Shown here one piece after another: positions 29,844 through 39,179 of a DNA stretch of 64,000 nucleotides (its first letter is position 1; every line of letters begins with the position of its first letter). Location: positions 62,001-126,000 of IMG/VR virus record IMGVR_UViG_3300030019_000003. One strand, given 5' to 3'. The notes under the pieces are model-generated. The model did no database searches and was not told the DNA's origin. It saw nothing but the letters and a program-made list of their open reading frames with translations. The translations under genes and the position numbers were made by a program.

Positions 29844-30049
29844 TAGTATTAACAGACAAGGCTAAGGATTACTGGTTATCAAGGCATTTGGGGCTTAATC
29901 TTAAACCAGGACAACGTTACACGATAGTAGCAGGAAGTAAGATATGTGTACATGTTAATACCCCTAAGGTATCAGGAACTATGTTTATTAGTGCTACGAA
30001 TCTTTTGAATGCTGGTGCTGCTAAAGCTGCTATGGAATTAGAAGGATGA
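29837..30049 (+). CDS. Hypothetical protein
   Basis: 70-aa ORF overlapping both neighbours. Confidence 0.5.
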   Translation: MVVVLTDKAKDYWLSRHLGLNLKPGQRYTIVAGSKICVHVNTPKVSGTMFISATNLLNAGAAKAAMELEG

Positions 30050-30411
30050 GAACTATCATTATTGCTGGATCAAGAGATTTTAGCGATAGGGAACTGATGA
30101 CGAAAACTCTTGACTCTCTTATAACAGATAAGAAAGATATCAAGATTATTCATGGGGATGCCCGTGGTGCTGATAAGATGGCAGGTGAGTATGCTAAAGT
30201 AAATAATATTCCATATGAAGCTTATCCTGCAGATTGGGATAAGTACAAAAAAGCAGCTGGACCTATTCGTAATAGAGAAATGTCTAAAGTAGGTAATGAA
30301 CTGGTAGCCTTTTGGGATGGGATTAGCCCTGGTACTAAGAACATGATTAATGTTATGGAAAAGAAAAAAGCTAAAGTCACTACGGTAATATATAAAAGAG
30401 AAGAAGAGTAG
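30046..30411 (+). CDS. DUF2493 / YspA-like SLOG family protein
   Basis: IIAGSRDF, IIHGDARGAD, ADW...AAGPIRN, AFWDGxSxGT motifs. Confidence 0.85.
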   Translation: MRTIIIAGSRDFSDRELMTKTLDSLITDKKDIKIIHGDARGADKMAGEYAKVNNIPYEAYPADWDKYKKAAGPIRNREMSKVGNELVAFWDGISPGTKNMINVMEKKKAKVTTVIYKREEE

Positions 30412-30430
30412 CTAACGCTACTCTTCTTCT
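30399..30430 (+). terminator. 14-bp stem-loop overlapping stop codon
   Basis: AGAAGAAGAGTAGC-TAAC-GCTACTCTTCTTCT. Confidence 0.7.
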
Positions 30431-30462
30431 TGTGTTTATCTTGATTTCCAGTAAAACATAAA

Positions 30463-30472
30463 GATATATTAT
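30463..30472 (+). promoter_or_regulatory. Putative phage early promoter motif
   Basis: GATATATTAT. Confidence 0.6.
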
Positions 30473-30525
30473 ACTATTAGATAAAGACAGTAATGCCTTT
30501 ATAATTCATACCCTAGGAGTATACC

Positions 30526-30708
30526 ATGTCTGAGAAAGTACAAGATGAGGCAGTAGCTTCACAACCATCCACTTTAAGAAAAGTTTTAGTTATGAGCGGT
30601 AAAGTAGTAGCAGGTGTCGCAGTTGTCGGAGTCGTTGTGTTTGGTGCGTTAAAAGCATTTGAGTGCGCTGGTGGTAGTGTCAGTGTTAGCCTTCCGTCAG
30701 AGGCATAA
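30526..30708 (+). CDS. Small single-TM protein (monocistronic)
   Basis: AGGAG SD; VVAGVAVVGVVVFGAL helix; flanked by promoter motif and hairpin. Confidence 0.6.
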   Translation: MSEKVQDEAVASQPSTLRKVLVMSGKVVAGVAVVGVVVFGALKAFECAGGSVSVSLPSEA

Positions 30709-30711
30709 TTT

Positions 30712-30758
30712 CATAGGACTCGAAAGAGTCCTGTGTTTCTATTAACTATTTTTTTTTT
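30712..30758 (+). terminator. GAAA-loop hairpin plus T10
   Basis: CATAGGACTC-GAAA-GAGTCCTGTG. Confidence 0.7.
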
Positions 30759-30812
30759 GTTCTGTTCACCGAACGTTGATAGCTAATGTTTTTTAGCAAC
30801 ATATTATTCATT

Positions 30813-30981
30813 TGATAAAGGGAAATATTGTATAACATTATTTTTCAACAGATCCCTATTATCATGAGTACATTAGCATGTACTTACAATCGTCATAAGA
30901 AATTGTATATCAGTTTCTTAAGCAATACTCCTTTGGGTAAGGGGTGGGAGAGATTCGTAGTTGTATCTCTCCCATTTTTTT
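30813..30981 (+). ncRNA. Candidate about 165-nt multi-hairpin small RNA
   Basis: Promoter-like AACATATTAT at 30798; five consecutive hairpins ending in GGGAGAGAT/ATCTCTCCC plus T7; no SD-led ORF. Confidence 0.5.
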
Positions 30982-31002
30982 AGTTACGGTGTTTAATAAT
31001 AC

Positions 31003-31077
31003 GGGCCTATAGCTCAGAGGTAGAGCAATCCGTTCATAACGGATCGGTCGGGATTTCAAAACTCTCTGGGCCCACCA
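31003..31077 (+). tRNA. tRNA with CAT anticodon, probably tRNA-Ile2 (lysidine type)
   Basis: Cloverleaf GGGCCTA/TGGGCCC, D arm GCTC/GAGC, anticodon arm ATCCG-TTCATAA-CGGAT, encoded CCA; C4:G69 and C5:G68 as in TilS substrates; T53-C61 mismatch in the T arm. Confidence 0.85.
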
Positions 31078-31101
31078 CTTTATTAAGTAAGGATAGTTAA
31101 G

Positions 31102-31266
31102 ATGAACGAGATAAAAGAAATCCTATACTTTATTTTAGGTATCCTTATTATTCAAGGTATGCTTGCAATACCTGTATTTACAGTAATACTAGTAGTAAGT
31201 GTGCTGGCTATTATATGGGTGATATCTAAGATAGTAAACGGTATAAAGAAGATATTTGCAGACTAA
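31102..31266 (+). CDS. Small membrane protein (54 aa, below the ORF-track cut-off)
   Basis: TAAGGA SD; MNEIKEILYFILGILIIQGMLAIPVFTVILVVSVLAIIWVISK. Confidence 0.55.
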   Translation: MNEIKEILYFILGILIIQGMLAIPVFTVILVVSVLAIIWVISKIVNGIKKIFAD

Positions 31267-31327
31267 CACTGGAATTAACTTTCCAGTGTTAGAAGTTTTT
31301 TATTTTTTATCTATAAGGGAGTTAATA

Positions 31328-31975
31328 GTGGAAAAAGGTAAGTTAATCGTGTTAGAGGGTCTAGATGGTTGTGGTAAAACTACACAACAGGGATTACTGT
31401 ATAATGCTCTAAATCGCGAAGGGTTAGAGACTATAGCTATTAATAATGTTTCCGATAGTATCTTCGGTAAAACGATACGCGCTGCTTTAGCAGATAGAAA
31501 ATACTGTGTTAATTCTAAACAAATGGCTGCGTTGTATATTGCTGAATTGCACTATGTTACAGAGACTATTAAAGAAGCTATTTATTCTGGTAAGAATGTT
31601 ATATGTTCTAGGCATTATCTTTCAACCTTGGCTTATGCAGGTACTGACGATAGTGTTGTTAACGGTATTATAGAATTATCTAAGTATGATATTATGCCAG
31701 ATGTAATCTACTACATAGGCGTTCCTTTTAAAACAATACATGAACGATTAACGAAAAATAGTAATCCAGACTTTTACGAAACTTCTCATAAACAAAAAGA
31801 AGTACTAGAGCGATATGAATATTTCACTCATCCGGATAATGAACCATTCGGAACACCTATTGTTAAGATAGATGGAAGTCTCAGTGTATATGCTATAGTA
31901 ACTTTAATATTACAAGATTTATATCCACGTTTAAGCTACAAATATTCTAAAGATGAAAAGGATCCACAGTGTTAA
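31328..31975 (+). CDS. tmk: Thymidylate (dTMP) kinase
   Basis: LIVLEGLDGCGKTTQ P-loop, CSRHYLSTLAY, PDVIYY; GTG start after AAGGGAG. Confidence 0.9.
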   Translation: MEKGKLIVLEGLDGCGKTTQQGLLYNALNREGLETIAINNVSDSIFGKTIRAALADRKYCVNSKQMAALYIAELHYVTETIKEAIYSGKNVICSRHYLSTLAYAGTDDSVVNGIIELSKYDIMPDVIYYIGVPFKTIHERLTKNSNPDFYETSHKQKEVLERYEYFTHPDNEPFGTPIVKIDGSLSVYAIVTLILQDLYPRLSYKYSKDEKDPQC

Positions 31976-32418
31976 AAATTATAATGGTTTTAATGTTAAC
32001 GTTAGGTTATTTAGTATCAGGTCAAGGTGATGGACAAGTTCTTAATACTGTTCCTGGTAAGATACATGTTCTTGATGGTGACACTATCCGTGTCGATATG
32101 GCTGTTGAGAATTGTCCCGCGGTTCTTTGTAAGGATTTAGATATTCGTATCACCGGTATCGATGCTCCTGAGGTACATACTAAAATAGCTTATGAAAAAA
32201 CACTTGGCGAAATGTCTAAAACTCTTTTTGAGGACTTCATTAAGAAAAGTACAATTACTATACATAATTGTTTTAGAGATAAATACTTTAGACTTAACTG
32301 TCAAGTCCAAGATGCCAATGGAACAGATTGGTCAGAATATGTTATTAGTAAAAAACTTGCGATACCTTATCAAGGTGAGAAGAAAGTTTATGACTGGACA
32401 AAACATACTTTAAACTAG
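31969..32418 (+). CDS. Staphylococcal nuclease (thermonuclease) family protein with signal peptide
   Basis: VLDGDT, IRITGIDAPE, RDKYFR, LAIPY; hydrophobic N-terminus. Confidence 0.9.
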   Translation: MLKIIMVLMLTLGYLVSGQGDGQVLNTVPGKIHVLDGDTIRVDMAVENCPAVLCKDLDIRITGIDAPEVHTKIAYEKTLGEMSKTLFEDFIKKSTITIHNCFRDKYFRLNCQVQDANGTDWSEYVISKKLAIPYQGEKKVYDWTKHTLN

Positions 32419-32426
32419 GATAGACC

Positions 32427-32612
32427 ATGACAAATAATTTAAGAATGGCAAGCTCCGCATTACATAGTATAAATATCGCAGCGGAGATATGCGATACTTT
32501 TTGTGGCCCTATTAATAAAAAAAAAAAGACTCCTATAGAGATGCGAATAAAAGCCAATCGTGCTAAAGCCAAGATAGCTAAGAAATCTAAAAAAGAAAAT
32601 CGTAAAAAGTGA
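32427..32612 (+). CDS. Small Lys/Arg-rich protein
   Basis: 61 aa, AGGA SD. Confidence 0.5.
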   Translation: MTNNLRMASSALHSINIAAEICDTFCGPINKKKKTPIEMRIKANRAKAKIAKKSKKENRKK

Positions 32613-32622
32613 GGTAAATACT

Positions 32623-33018
32623 ATGGGTAGTTGTAGTGATATTAAAAGAAAGTATAAACGTGCATTGTTTACAGGTGGTGCTAATACAGCTATGGTTATA
32701 GCTGCAAAGCACACAGTGTTTATAAATAGTATTATTTACCCTACGGCATTAATAACGCCAGTATTCAGCTTTAACGGTTTTGATACTGGTAATGATAAAA
32801 CGAATCTAAATTTAAGAACCACGTACAGGTCTACAGCCAAATTCACAACAAAGGATAACGCAGTGTGCGTCGCGCAACAACTTAAAACAAAAGTAGTGTC
32901 AGAGAAAGAAGAAAAAATCTTTGAAGAAATGACCGACGAAGAGCTAGAAGAACTCGCTAAGAAGAAAATAGCTGAAGGGCTATCTATATCACAAGATGAA
33001 ATTAAATCAGAAGAGTAA
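32623..33018 (+). CDS. Hypothetical protein
   Basis: GAGGT SD, acidic C-terminus. Confidence 0.55.
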   Translation: MGSCSDIKRKYKRALFTGGANTAMVIAAKHTVFINSIIYPTALITPVFSFNGFDTGNDKTNLNLRTTYRSTAKFTTKDNAVCVAQQLKTKVVSEKEEKIFEEMTDEELEELAKKKIAEGLSISQDEIKSEE

Positions 33019-33058
33019 CGGGTTGTCCCGTTACTCTTCTGAGAGTACTCATTTTTTT
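33007..33058 (+). terminator. 16-bp stem-loop plus T7
   Basis: TCAGAAGAGTAACGGG-TTGT-CCCGTTACTCTTCTGA. Confidence 0.75.
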
Positions 33059-33063
33059 ATAAA

Positions 33064-33073
33064 CGTATATTAT
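33064..33073 (+). promoter_or_regulatory. Putative phage early promoter motif
   Basis: CGTATATTAT immediately after a terminator. Confidence 0.55.
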
Positions 33074-33102
33074 AAAAGTATAAATCAATTAGGAGGTAAT
33101 AA

Positions 33103-33348
33103 ATGTGCGAATTAACTGCTCCAGATATTAACAAGGATATTAACATTGTCAATGCTGATGATTATGTTAATAAGGTGGATAGTAGCCTAATACTAACCGA
33201 TGAGGTTGTAAATGTGCTAGATGAACTAATTTCATTAGAAATAGCTTGTTACCTGATGTCACGTATTGGTGGAAAAAGACCTTTTGATCAAACACATTCT
33301 GATACATTACGCGTACTACATGAAAATAAAACAACGGAGTTTTTTTAA
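33103..33348 (+). CDS. Hypothetical protein
   Basis: AGGAGGT SD. Confidence 0.6.
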   Translation: MCELTAPDINKDINIVNADDYVNKVDSSLILTDEVVNVLDELISLEIACYLMSRIGGKRPFDQTHSDTLRVLHENKTTEFF

Positions 33349-33417
33349 TAAAACCGAAAAAGTATACATTAGTAATAATGTTGAGTGGTAAAAAAAAATA
33401 AAATTAAGGAGTTTCCT

Positions 33418-33897
33418 ATGCTTAATAAAGAATTAAAACAAACAAAACGGGATTTTCTAGGTTTAGGAGTTTTAGCATGTATTATTATACTATGCTTTTT
33501 ATCATCTATTATCAAAAGTATTAACAATAATATCATCTCTTATGATTTAACAGAGGCATCCTATGCTAAAGTTACTCCTAACGGGGCAGCAGTTCACTTT
33601 GATATCTATAGCATAGATAGTAGTACCTATGAGGTAATCATAACACCTTTTACTGGTACTTGTGAGGATTATAAAAAGAATGTAACTCATGTCCCATCTA
33701 ACACAGGAACAATTATTTCCAAAGTACCTTCTGGTATGAACATACCTATTTCATTTTGTATACAAAATGTGAATGATACTACAACTATGAAAGTTGAAGT
33801 AATAGGCAAAGTTAATGGCGACACAGCTTTAAGAACTAGTAAGGTGATTTATGACAGCTTATTAAAGTATATTGATAACAATAACACATCTAAGTAG
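33418..33897 (+). CDS. Membrane-anchored hypothetical protein
   Basis: ATG after AAGGAG; N-terminal TM. Confidence 0.6.
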   Translation: MLNKELKQTKRDFLGLGVLACIIILCFLSSIIKSINNNIISYDLTEASYAKVTPNGAAVHFDIYSIDSSTYEVIITPFTGTCEDYKKNVTHVPSNTGTIISKVPSGMNIPISFCIQNVNDTTTMKVEVIGKVNGDTALRTSKVIYDSLLKYIDNNNTSK

Positions 33898-33938
33898 TCG
33901 GATTGATCCGACTACTTAGATGTAGTTCTTTTTTTTTT
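33886..33938 (+). terminator. 18-bp inverted repeat plus T10
   Basis: ACATCTAAGTAGTCGGAT-TG-ATCCGACTACTTAGATGT. Confidence 0.8.
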
Positions 33939-33979
33939 CTATTTTAGAGTATTATTTAGATTAACCAATAAGGATAACT

Positions 33980-34228
33980 ATGAGTCTTATACTTGATGCT
34001 AAAGCTGAACCTTTAGTAGGTGAATATTTAAGCTATGTTGGATTAACTACTACAGAAAAGGATAAGTACCTTAATATGATTAAGCAAGCTATTGCTGCTG
34101 TTAAATATCGTATTAAACTCGTAAGAAGAAAAAAAGTATCGGACTCTGAGCCTGTTCTATTAGCTACCTTAATTGACTTTAACGAGGACTACAGCTTAGT
34201 CAATACTGCAAGAATAATAAAGGAATAG
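33980..34228 (+). CDS. Hypothetical protein
   Basis: AAGGA SD. Confidence 0.55.
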   Translation: MSLILDAKAEPLVGEYLSYVGLTTTEKDKYLNMIKQAIAAVKYRIKLVRRKKVSDSEPVLLATLIDFNEDYSLVNTARIIKE

Positions 34229-34230
34229 TT

Positions 34231-34785
34231 ATGGTGCTTATAGAAAAAGTTATACCTGAATTGATTCAGGATATACATGGTGTTAATAGGTTTGGTGTTT
34301 ATGTTGTTATACGAAAAGGCTTATTCTTTCCGAAGTATTTTGGTAAAACTTATATCGTTTATGTCGATAGTAGTATGAGCCATGAGAAAATGGATAGTAA
34401 ATATTGCATCTATGCTAATGATAAGTATAGTGGTAAAGAGTTCTTAGTTTTTTCAGACTCTGAAGCAATTCGTATTGATACAGCTATCATAGAGGAATGT
34501 AAAGAAACCATAGAATGCGTAATTAAAAACCTGTATGGCGATAGACCTTTAAAACCAGGTAATAAAAAGATAGACCATTACTTAAGAAACATTAAAGATA
34601 ATATTGATATTGTCACATTATCAATGGATGAAGATGTTCCTAATCAGAAAGCTGCTATTTATGCTGTTTTAAAAATAGCAGATCAAGTAGTTTGTAATGT
34701 TAGAAACTATCTTAGAACAGGGGATTTCTCAAGTCACAAACACGTTATTATTGAAACAGATGCTATTTTAAATACTAATGAATAA
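34231..34785 (+). CDS. Hypothetical protein
   Basis: 184-aa ORF in operon. Confidence 0.6.
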   Translation: MVLIEKVIPELIQDIHGVNRFGVYVVIRKGLFFPKYFGKTYIVYVDSSMSHEKMDSKYCIYANDKYSGKEFLVFSDSEAIRIDTAIIEECKETIECVIKNLYGDRPLKPGNKKIDHYLRNIKDNIDIVTLSMDEDVPNQKAAIYAVLKIADQVVCNVRNYLRTGDFSSHKHVIIETDAILNTNE

Positions 34786-34799
34786 AAAAAAGGGTTACT

Positions 34800-35375
34800 A
34801 TGAACAAGGAATTGATAGAGGGTGATGGTGTTAATTTTATAAATATAAGTCCACAAGCTACAACTGAGCTAGGAAAATGGCTATCGCCTTTTGCAGAACA
34901 CGCACCTATTATTGTAGAAGGAACAGCTTATAGTGTTAAAACACTTGAGGCTGCTAGATGGGTACTAAAATATCTATATGTTATTAATGAGACACCAACG
35001 ATAGATGATGCTCTAAAGTGTAAATTGTGTAAACATTATATACGTAATATTGTAGCAGGCAGTGGTGAAAAATCACGTTACTATGGTACAAGAATGATGA
35101 TGTATCTTGTTAATATACACGATATCAGTATTTCCTTATTTAAAGATAAGAATACTATCATAGCCGAGTTAAGCCATTACTATGATTTACTAACACATGA
35201 TACTGGAGACAATATTGATGCTCTTATTAAAAATGAGCTTGCATTTAAATATATTCAGATCAATGAGAAAGGTAAATACGTTAGAGATCTTAGTTTACAA
35301 TATGGTCTTAGAATACAAATATTGTCTAAAATCAAATTCCTGAGAAAGTTATGCGAAGAATCTCTTCATTCATAA
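34800..35375 (+). CDS. NADAR-like protein (phiKZ-type DGxxxINI...TELGxxLSxF family)
   Basis: DGVNFINISPQATTELGKWLSPFA..PIIVEG...TLEA; paralog at 62760. Confidence 0.5.
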   Translation: MNKELIEGDGVNFINISPQATTELGKWLSPFAEHAPIIVEGTAYSVKTLEAARWVLKYLYVINETPTIDDALKCKLCKHYIRNIVAGSGEKSRYYGTRMMMYLVNIHDISISLFKDKNTIIAELSHYYDLLTHDTGDNIDALIKNELAFKYIQINEKGKYVRDLSLQYGLRIQILSKIKFLRKLCEESLHS

Positions 35376-35596
35376 TACTTACTCTAATAGGTGTAGTATT
35401 ATCAGGTTGTATCCTAAAATCATTTACGATACCTATTACAACTAGAACTGTGTTAGATTGTAATATAGGTAGAGGCACGCTTGTAAATAATCTGTATCAT
35501 GATGTTTCAAATACAGATATGTACGCTGCTATTACTATTAACTGCGAGATTAAAACAATTAATATGCTTGAACACCCACTACAAGTTACGGAGTAA
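35351..35596 (+). CDS. Putative lipoprotein
   Basis: MRR-hydrophobic-LSGC lipobox. Confidence 0.55.
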   Translation: MRRISSFIILTLIGVVLSGCILKSFTIPITTRTVLDCNIGRGTLVNNLYHDVSNTDMYAAITINCEIKTINMLEHPLQVTE

Positions 35597-35622
35597 TCCG
35601 TAACTTGTAAGAGTCTATTTTT
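35580..35622 (+). terminator. 13-bp GTAA-loop hairpin plus T-tract
   Basis: TACAAGTTACGGA-GTAA-TCCGTAACTTGTA. Confidence 0.7.
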
Positions 35623-35635
35623 ACAATCTTTTAAC

Positions 35636-35700
35636 GATATATTATTTAATTAATAACCTATAACTAGTTTACTAGTTGTTGGTTAATTAATAACGAACAA
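35636..35700 (+). promoter_or_regulatory. Promoter motif plus conserved leader (second copy at 45450)
   Basis: GATATATTATTTAATTAATAAC...AACTAGTTTACTAGTTG. Confidence 0.65.
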
Positions 35701-35750
35701 GTACGTTAGTAATTAAGAGTTAATATATAAAATGGCACTAAGGACTTGAA

Positions 35751-35999
35751 ATGAGAAAGTTTTTTAAAATGTTATTGGCTTATACGTGCTATATTACTTT
35801 TATAGCAAAATTCTATAAAAAAGAAGTTGTTATTTACTTTATACCAACTACGTTGTTATCAGGTGTAAGTGAACAAGTTAACGCTGATATTGTTTCTACC
35901 TATGGTAGAAGACTATTTGGAATTAGCGCGCCTAGAGGTACTAAACGTACTGTAATACGCACTATTTTAAATAAACTAAAACTATGCCTTATCTGGTAA
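35751..35999 (+). CDS. Hypothetical protein
   Basis: AAGGA SD. Confidence 0.5.
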   Translation: MRKFFKMLLAYTCYITFIAKFYKKEVVIYFIPTTLLSGVSEQVNADIVSTYGRRLFGISAPRGTKRTVIRTILNKLKLCLIW

Positions 36000-36015
36000 A
36001 AAAGGGAATACTAAA

Positions 36016-36420
36016 ATGAGTATAAAAACAATCCTAGATGGAAAAACATTTGATGCTTTTGTTAATGATGATGCTAAGCATTATGAGAATTTAGATTACA
36101 GTGAGGCAAAATTATTAGATAGTTTGACACCTACTATTTTAAGTATCATGAGTAAACTTGCTCCTGTAAGACAAGCTATTATTCATAACTTGATCATGAA
36201 ATGTCCTGATAAGATTACTTATTATCAAACTAAGGATATTGCTAATGCTATACGCGAAACAGTAAATGAAACATCTATCTGGTGTAAATTACTGTATGAT
36301 ATGGGTATGCTAAAGCGACGACGTGTTGAGGGTGAGACAGGTGGAGTTAAGTTTGAATACGCCATTACTAATGGGCTATTTAGAAAATGGTTTATCATGC
36401 GCTATACTATAAAAAAATAA
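36016..36420 (+). CDS. Stand-alone winged-helix protein resembling the wHTH of STAND/AAA ATPases
   Basis: LLDSLTP...LAPVRQAII...TKDIAN...LYDMGMLKR...YAITNGLFRKWFIMR. Confidence 0.55.
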   Translation: MSIKTILDGKTFDAFVNDDAKHYENLDYSEAKLLDSLTPTILSIMSKLAPVRQAIIHNLIMKCPDKITYYQTKDIANAIRETVNETSIWCKLLYDMGMLKRRRVEGETGGVKFEYAITNGLFRKWFIMRYTIKK

Positions 36421-36429
36421 GGATTATCC

Positions 36430-38205
36430 GTGATTAAAAATAATAAAGGTCTTGTGGACTATACCGGTGATAATGAGGCTATGCAACTTTTAGAAGGAAC
36501 AAATAGACAAGAGTTATTAAATATGATGGGCTACGAACCTTTCGTATCGTTTATGGGCGATCTTATTCATACATGTAACATGTTCATAAGGAAAGCTGAT
36601 TCTAAAAAGAAACGCTCAAGAACAGAAGGTCTTAATGCGCTTACGTTTTTAGCAGATAGTATAGTAAATAGACATCTTGTAAAAATATCGAAATATGCTA
36701 AAACGGTTGATATTAGGTTTAAACCAAATCGATACGGATTTGAACCTTTTACCTTAGAGATATGTTTTAGATCTAAAAACGGTAGTGACATTATAACCTT
36801 ATATTTACCTAATATGGAGTTAGGGGGTGGAATACTTTCATTAGCCGAAATATTGACCCTCTCTGATACAAGACGTCCTATTAATTATTTCATTAATAAC
36901 TATCCTGTTACTGAAACTTTTAACTTTAAGATACGCATGTTTATGAGAAGTGACAATTTAGAGCACGTACGGTTCTACGCAGATGTTATGGGTAGATCTT
37001 ATCAGGGATTTATTTGTTCAACACTTATGAGTATCTACACCAACTTCTTATCTTGTATGTATGGTAAACACGACAACTATTCAGATGTCGATCTTTTAAA
37101 AGAGATGCTTGCCGAGTCTGATATTGATAATTTGATTACTTATGCTGGGCGCGAATCAGAATGTCTTATTGATGGCGAGTATACAGTAATACATACAAAC
37201 AAAGGTAGAATGTGGTGTAAGGTACTGCCAAGCAGCGATTACTTTATAGGTACGACTTCTGAAAATATAGATGTGATTATACCTATCATTACTAGTGCTG
37301 AACTTACAAAACTAAAACTACATATGAAGTTTTTTAAGAATCCCGTACTTAAAGAAGTCTATGATAAGGTTTCTAAATTAGCAGAGTTATATTATGAAGG
37401 CAATGATGCCGAACATGGTATTAATCATGTTAACGAAGTTCTTTATAAAGCTTTGGATATGAATAGAAAACAATCACTAGGTGTTGACGAGACTCATATT
37501 ATAAAAGCTGCGATGTTTCATGATATTTGCGCCACATCACACCGTAAAGATCACGAGATAAAAGGTGGTGAGGTGTATCTTACAAAAATAGCATTAGAAT
37601 ATTTTATAACAGAAAGTCGTTTCGAGTCAGAGACTATCGCTAATGCCATAGTACAACATCGTGGATCTTATAAAGGTGAGTTTACAAGTACGTTAGCAGA
37701 GCTCATTAACGCTGCTGATAGGGACAGCCCTATCTTATCCGATTGTATAAGTCGTGTATACAGCTGTGCTACAGACGATAAACTTGTCTTTAATACTGAT
37801 ATTGATACTAGTAAGATAGATCCTATGTATAAAGATAAAGTAGCTACTGCTTTACGTAATCTTGATACTTTTAAAAATAATAATATTAAGAAAGCAATAC
37901 GCCGTACATATCTGCACCTGTTAGAAAAATATTCTAGGGTTGGATACGGTAGGCGTAATGCTATCTATATTGAATACTGGAAAGATCATTTAGAAGCATT
38001 CTATACTGAAATCGATGAACTTACGGTAGCTACTTTGATGCAAAAACTATATGCACTCGGTTTTAAAAGTATTAAGTATTATGACGTTCCTGGTTTAAAA
38101 GATGTTATCAAGAGGTGCGACGGCGATACGGTAACGGCGATGCAGCATATCTTTAGAAAAAGAATAGATATAGCTACTAACGCGGCGTTTAACCCGCAGT
38201 TTTAA
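36430..38205 (+). CDS. HD-domain phosphohydrolase with long N-terminal extension
   Basis: HGINH, AAMFHDI, HEIKG, IVQHR, INAADR in the C-terminal half. Confidence 0.8.
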   Translation: MIKNNKGLVDYTGDNEAMQLLEGTNRQELLNMMGYEPFVSFMGDLIHTCNMFIRKADSKKKRSRTEGLNALTFLADSIVNRHLVKISKYAKTVDIRFKPNRYGFEPFTLEICFRSKNGSDIITLYLPNMELGGGILSLAEILTLSDTRRPINYFINNYPVTETFNFKIRMFMRSDNLEHVRFYADVMGRSYQGFICSTLMSIYTNFLSCMYGKHDNYSDVDLLKEMLAESDIDNLITYAGRESECLIDGEYTVIHTNKGRMWCKVLPSSDYFIGTTSENIDVIIPIITSAELTKLKLHMKFFKNPVLKEVYDKVSKLAELYYEGNDAEHGINHVNEVLYKALDMNRKQSLGVDETHIIKAAMFHDICATSHRKDHEIKGGEVYLTKIALEYFITESRFESETIANAIVQHRGSYKGEFTSTLAELINAADRDSPILSDCISRVYSCATDDKLVFNTDIDTSKIDPMYKDKVATALRNLDTFKNNNIKKAIRRTYLHLLEKYSRVGYGRRNAIYIEYWKDHLEAFYTEIDELTVATLMQKLYALGFKSIKYYDVPGLKDVIKRCDGDTVTAMQHIFRKRIDIATNAAFNPQF

Positions 38206-38240
38206 ATAAAACAGATTTATTAAAATATAAGGAAAATCCT

Positions 38241-39179
38241 ATGGTATACAATATATACTTATTCGGTAACTTTATAGGTCCAGTATCACTCTCTGATGAG
38301 AGTGATACTGAAACTGAGTTATTGAACGCTGTTGTCGACATAGTTGGAGTTTATTTAGAAACTTCTCATTATATATCAGGTATAGGACAAAAAGATCTAG
38401 GAGTTGATATCACCCCTAGTGTTAAAAAACTATCACTTGCTATTAATTTAACCCATGTTATTAGTTATGCTAATAATGAAGATAGCAGTGATGGGTACAG
38501 GTTTAATATCTTAGAGGTGATGGCTATCATTAGATATTTTGATGGTAAGGAAGAGCAGTTTATAACATCAACAGCTAACACTATCAGTAACACTGTAGAT
38601 ATTATAACTGAGGGTAAACAACTTGCGAAAATACTAGATAATCTTTCTATTGAAGACTTAGCAAGTAAAGATATTTTAGAAAAATGTGCCCATGTTGAAA
38701 TAGACAATTCTCTTAATGATGCTACTGAGGTTGTATTATTCGACAAGTCTATAGGACGTATTGGTGATGTTAATAATAAGAAAACAAAAGATAGCTCGCC
38801 AAAAGAGAAAGTTAACATACTGGTTAAAGAGTATATGAAAAAGCGTATAGTTAATTTTCTAGATGCCAAAGGCTATCCTGAAGATTATATTAAATTATTT
38901 ACACCGTGCGGCAAAGATGGTATGCTTATAGATCATGGTATCACAGCATCTACCAATCTTGAGAATAATTTTCGTATAACCAATATACTGTATACGTTAT
39001 ATTTTAGATTGAAAAAGGTACCTTACGGTGTTTCTGTTGGAATTGATTCTAATGAGGATTATGAAATGGCTATGACAAAACTTATAGCTATGTCGACTGC
39101 GATCAAATCCTTATATGGTAGAGCTAGAACGACAGAAAGAATAAAAAAACTAGCTGAGGTTATTTTAAAGAAAGATTAA
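38241..39179 (+). CDS. Hypothetical protein
   Basis: 312-aa ORF, AAGGA SD. Confidence 0.65.
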   Translation: MVYNIYLFGNFIGPVSLSDESDTETELLNAVVDIVGVYLETSHYISGIGQKDLGVDITPSVKKLSLAINLTHVISYANNEDSSDGYRFNILEVMAIIRYFDGKEEQFITSTANTISNTVDIITEGKQLAKILDNLSIEDLASKDILEKCAHVEIDNSLNDATEVVLFDKSIGRIGDVNNKKTKDSSPKEKVNILVKEYMKKRIVNFLDAKGYPEDYIKLFTPCGKDGMLIDHGITASTNLENNFRITNILYTLYFRLKKVPYGVSVGIDSNEDYEMAMTKLIAMSTAIKSLYGRARTTERIKKLAEVILKKD

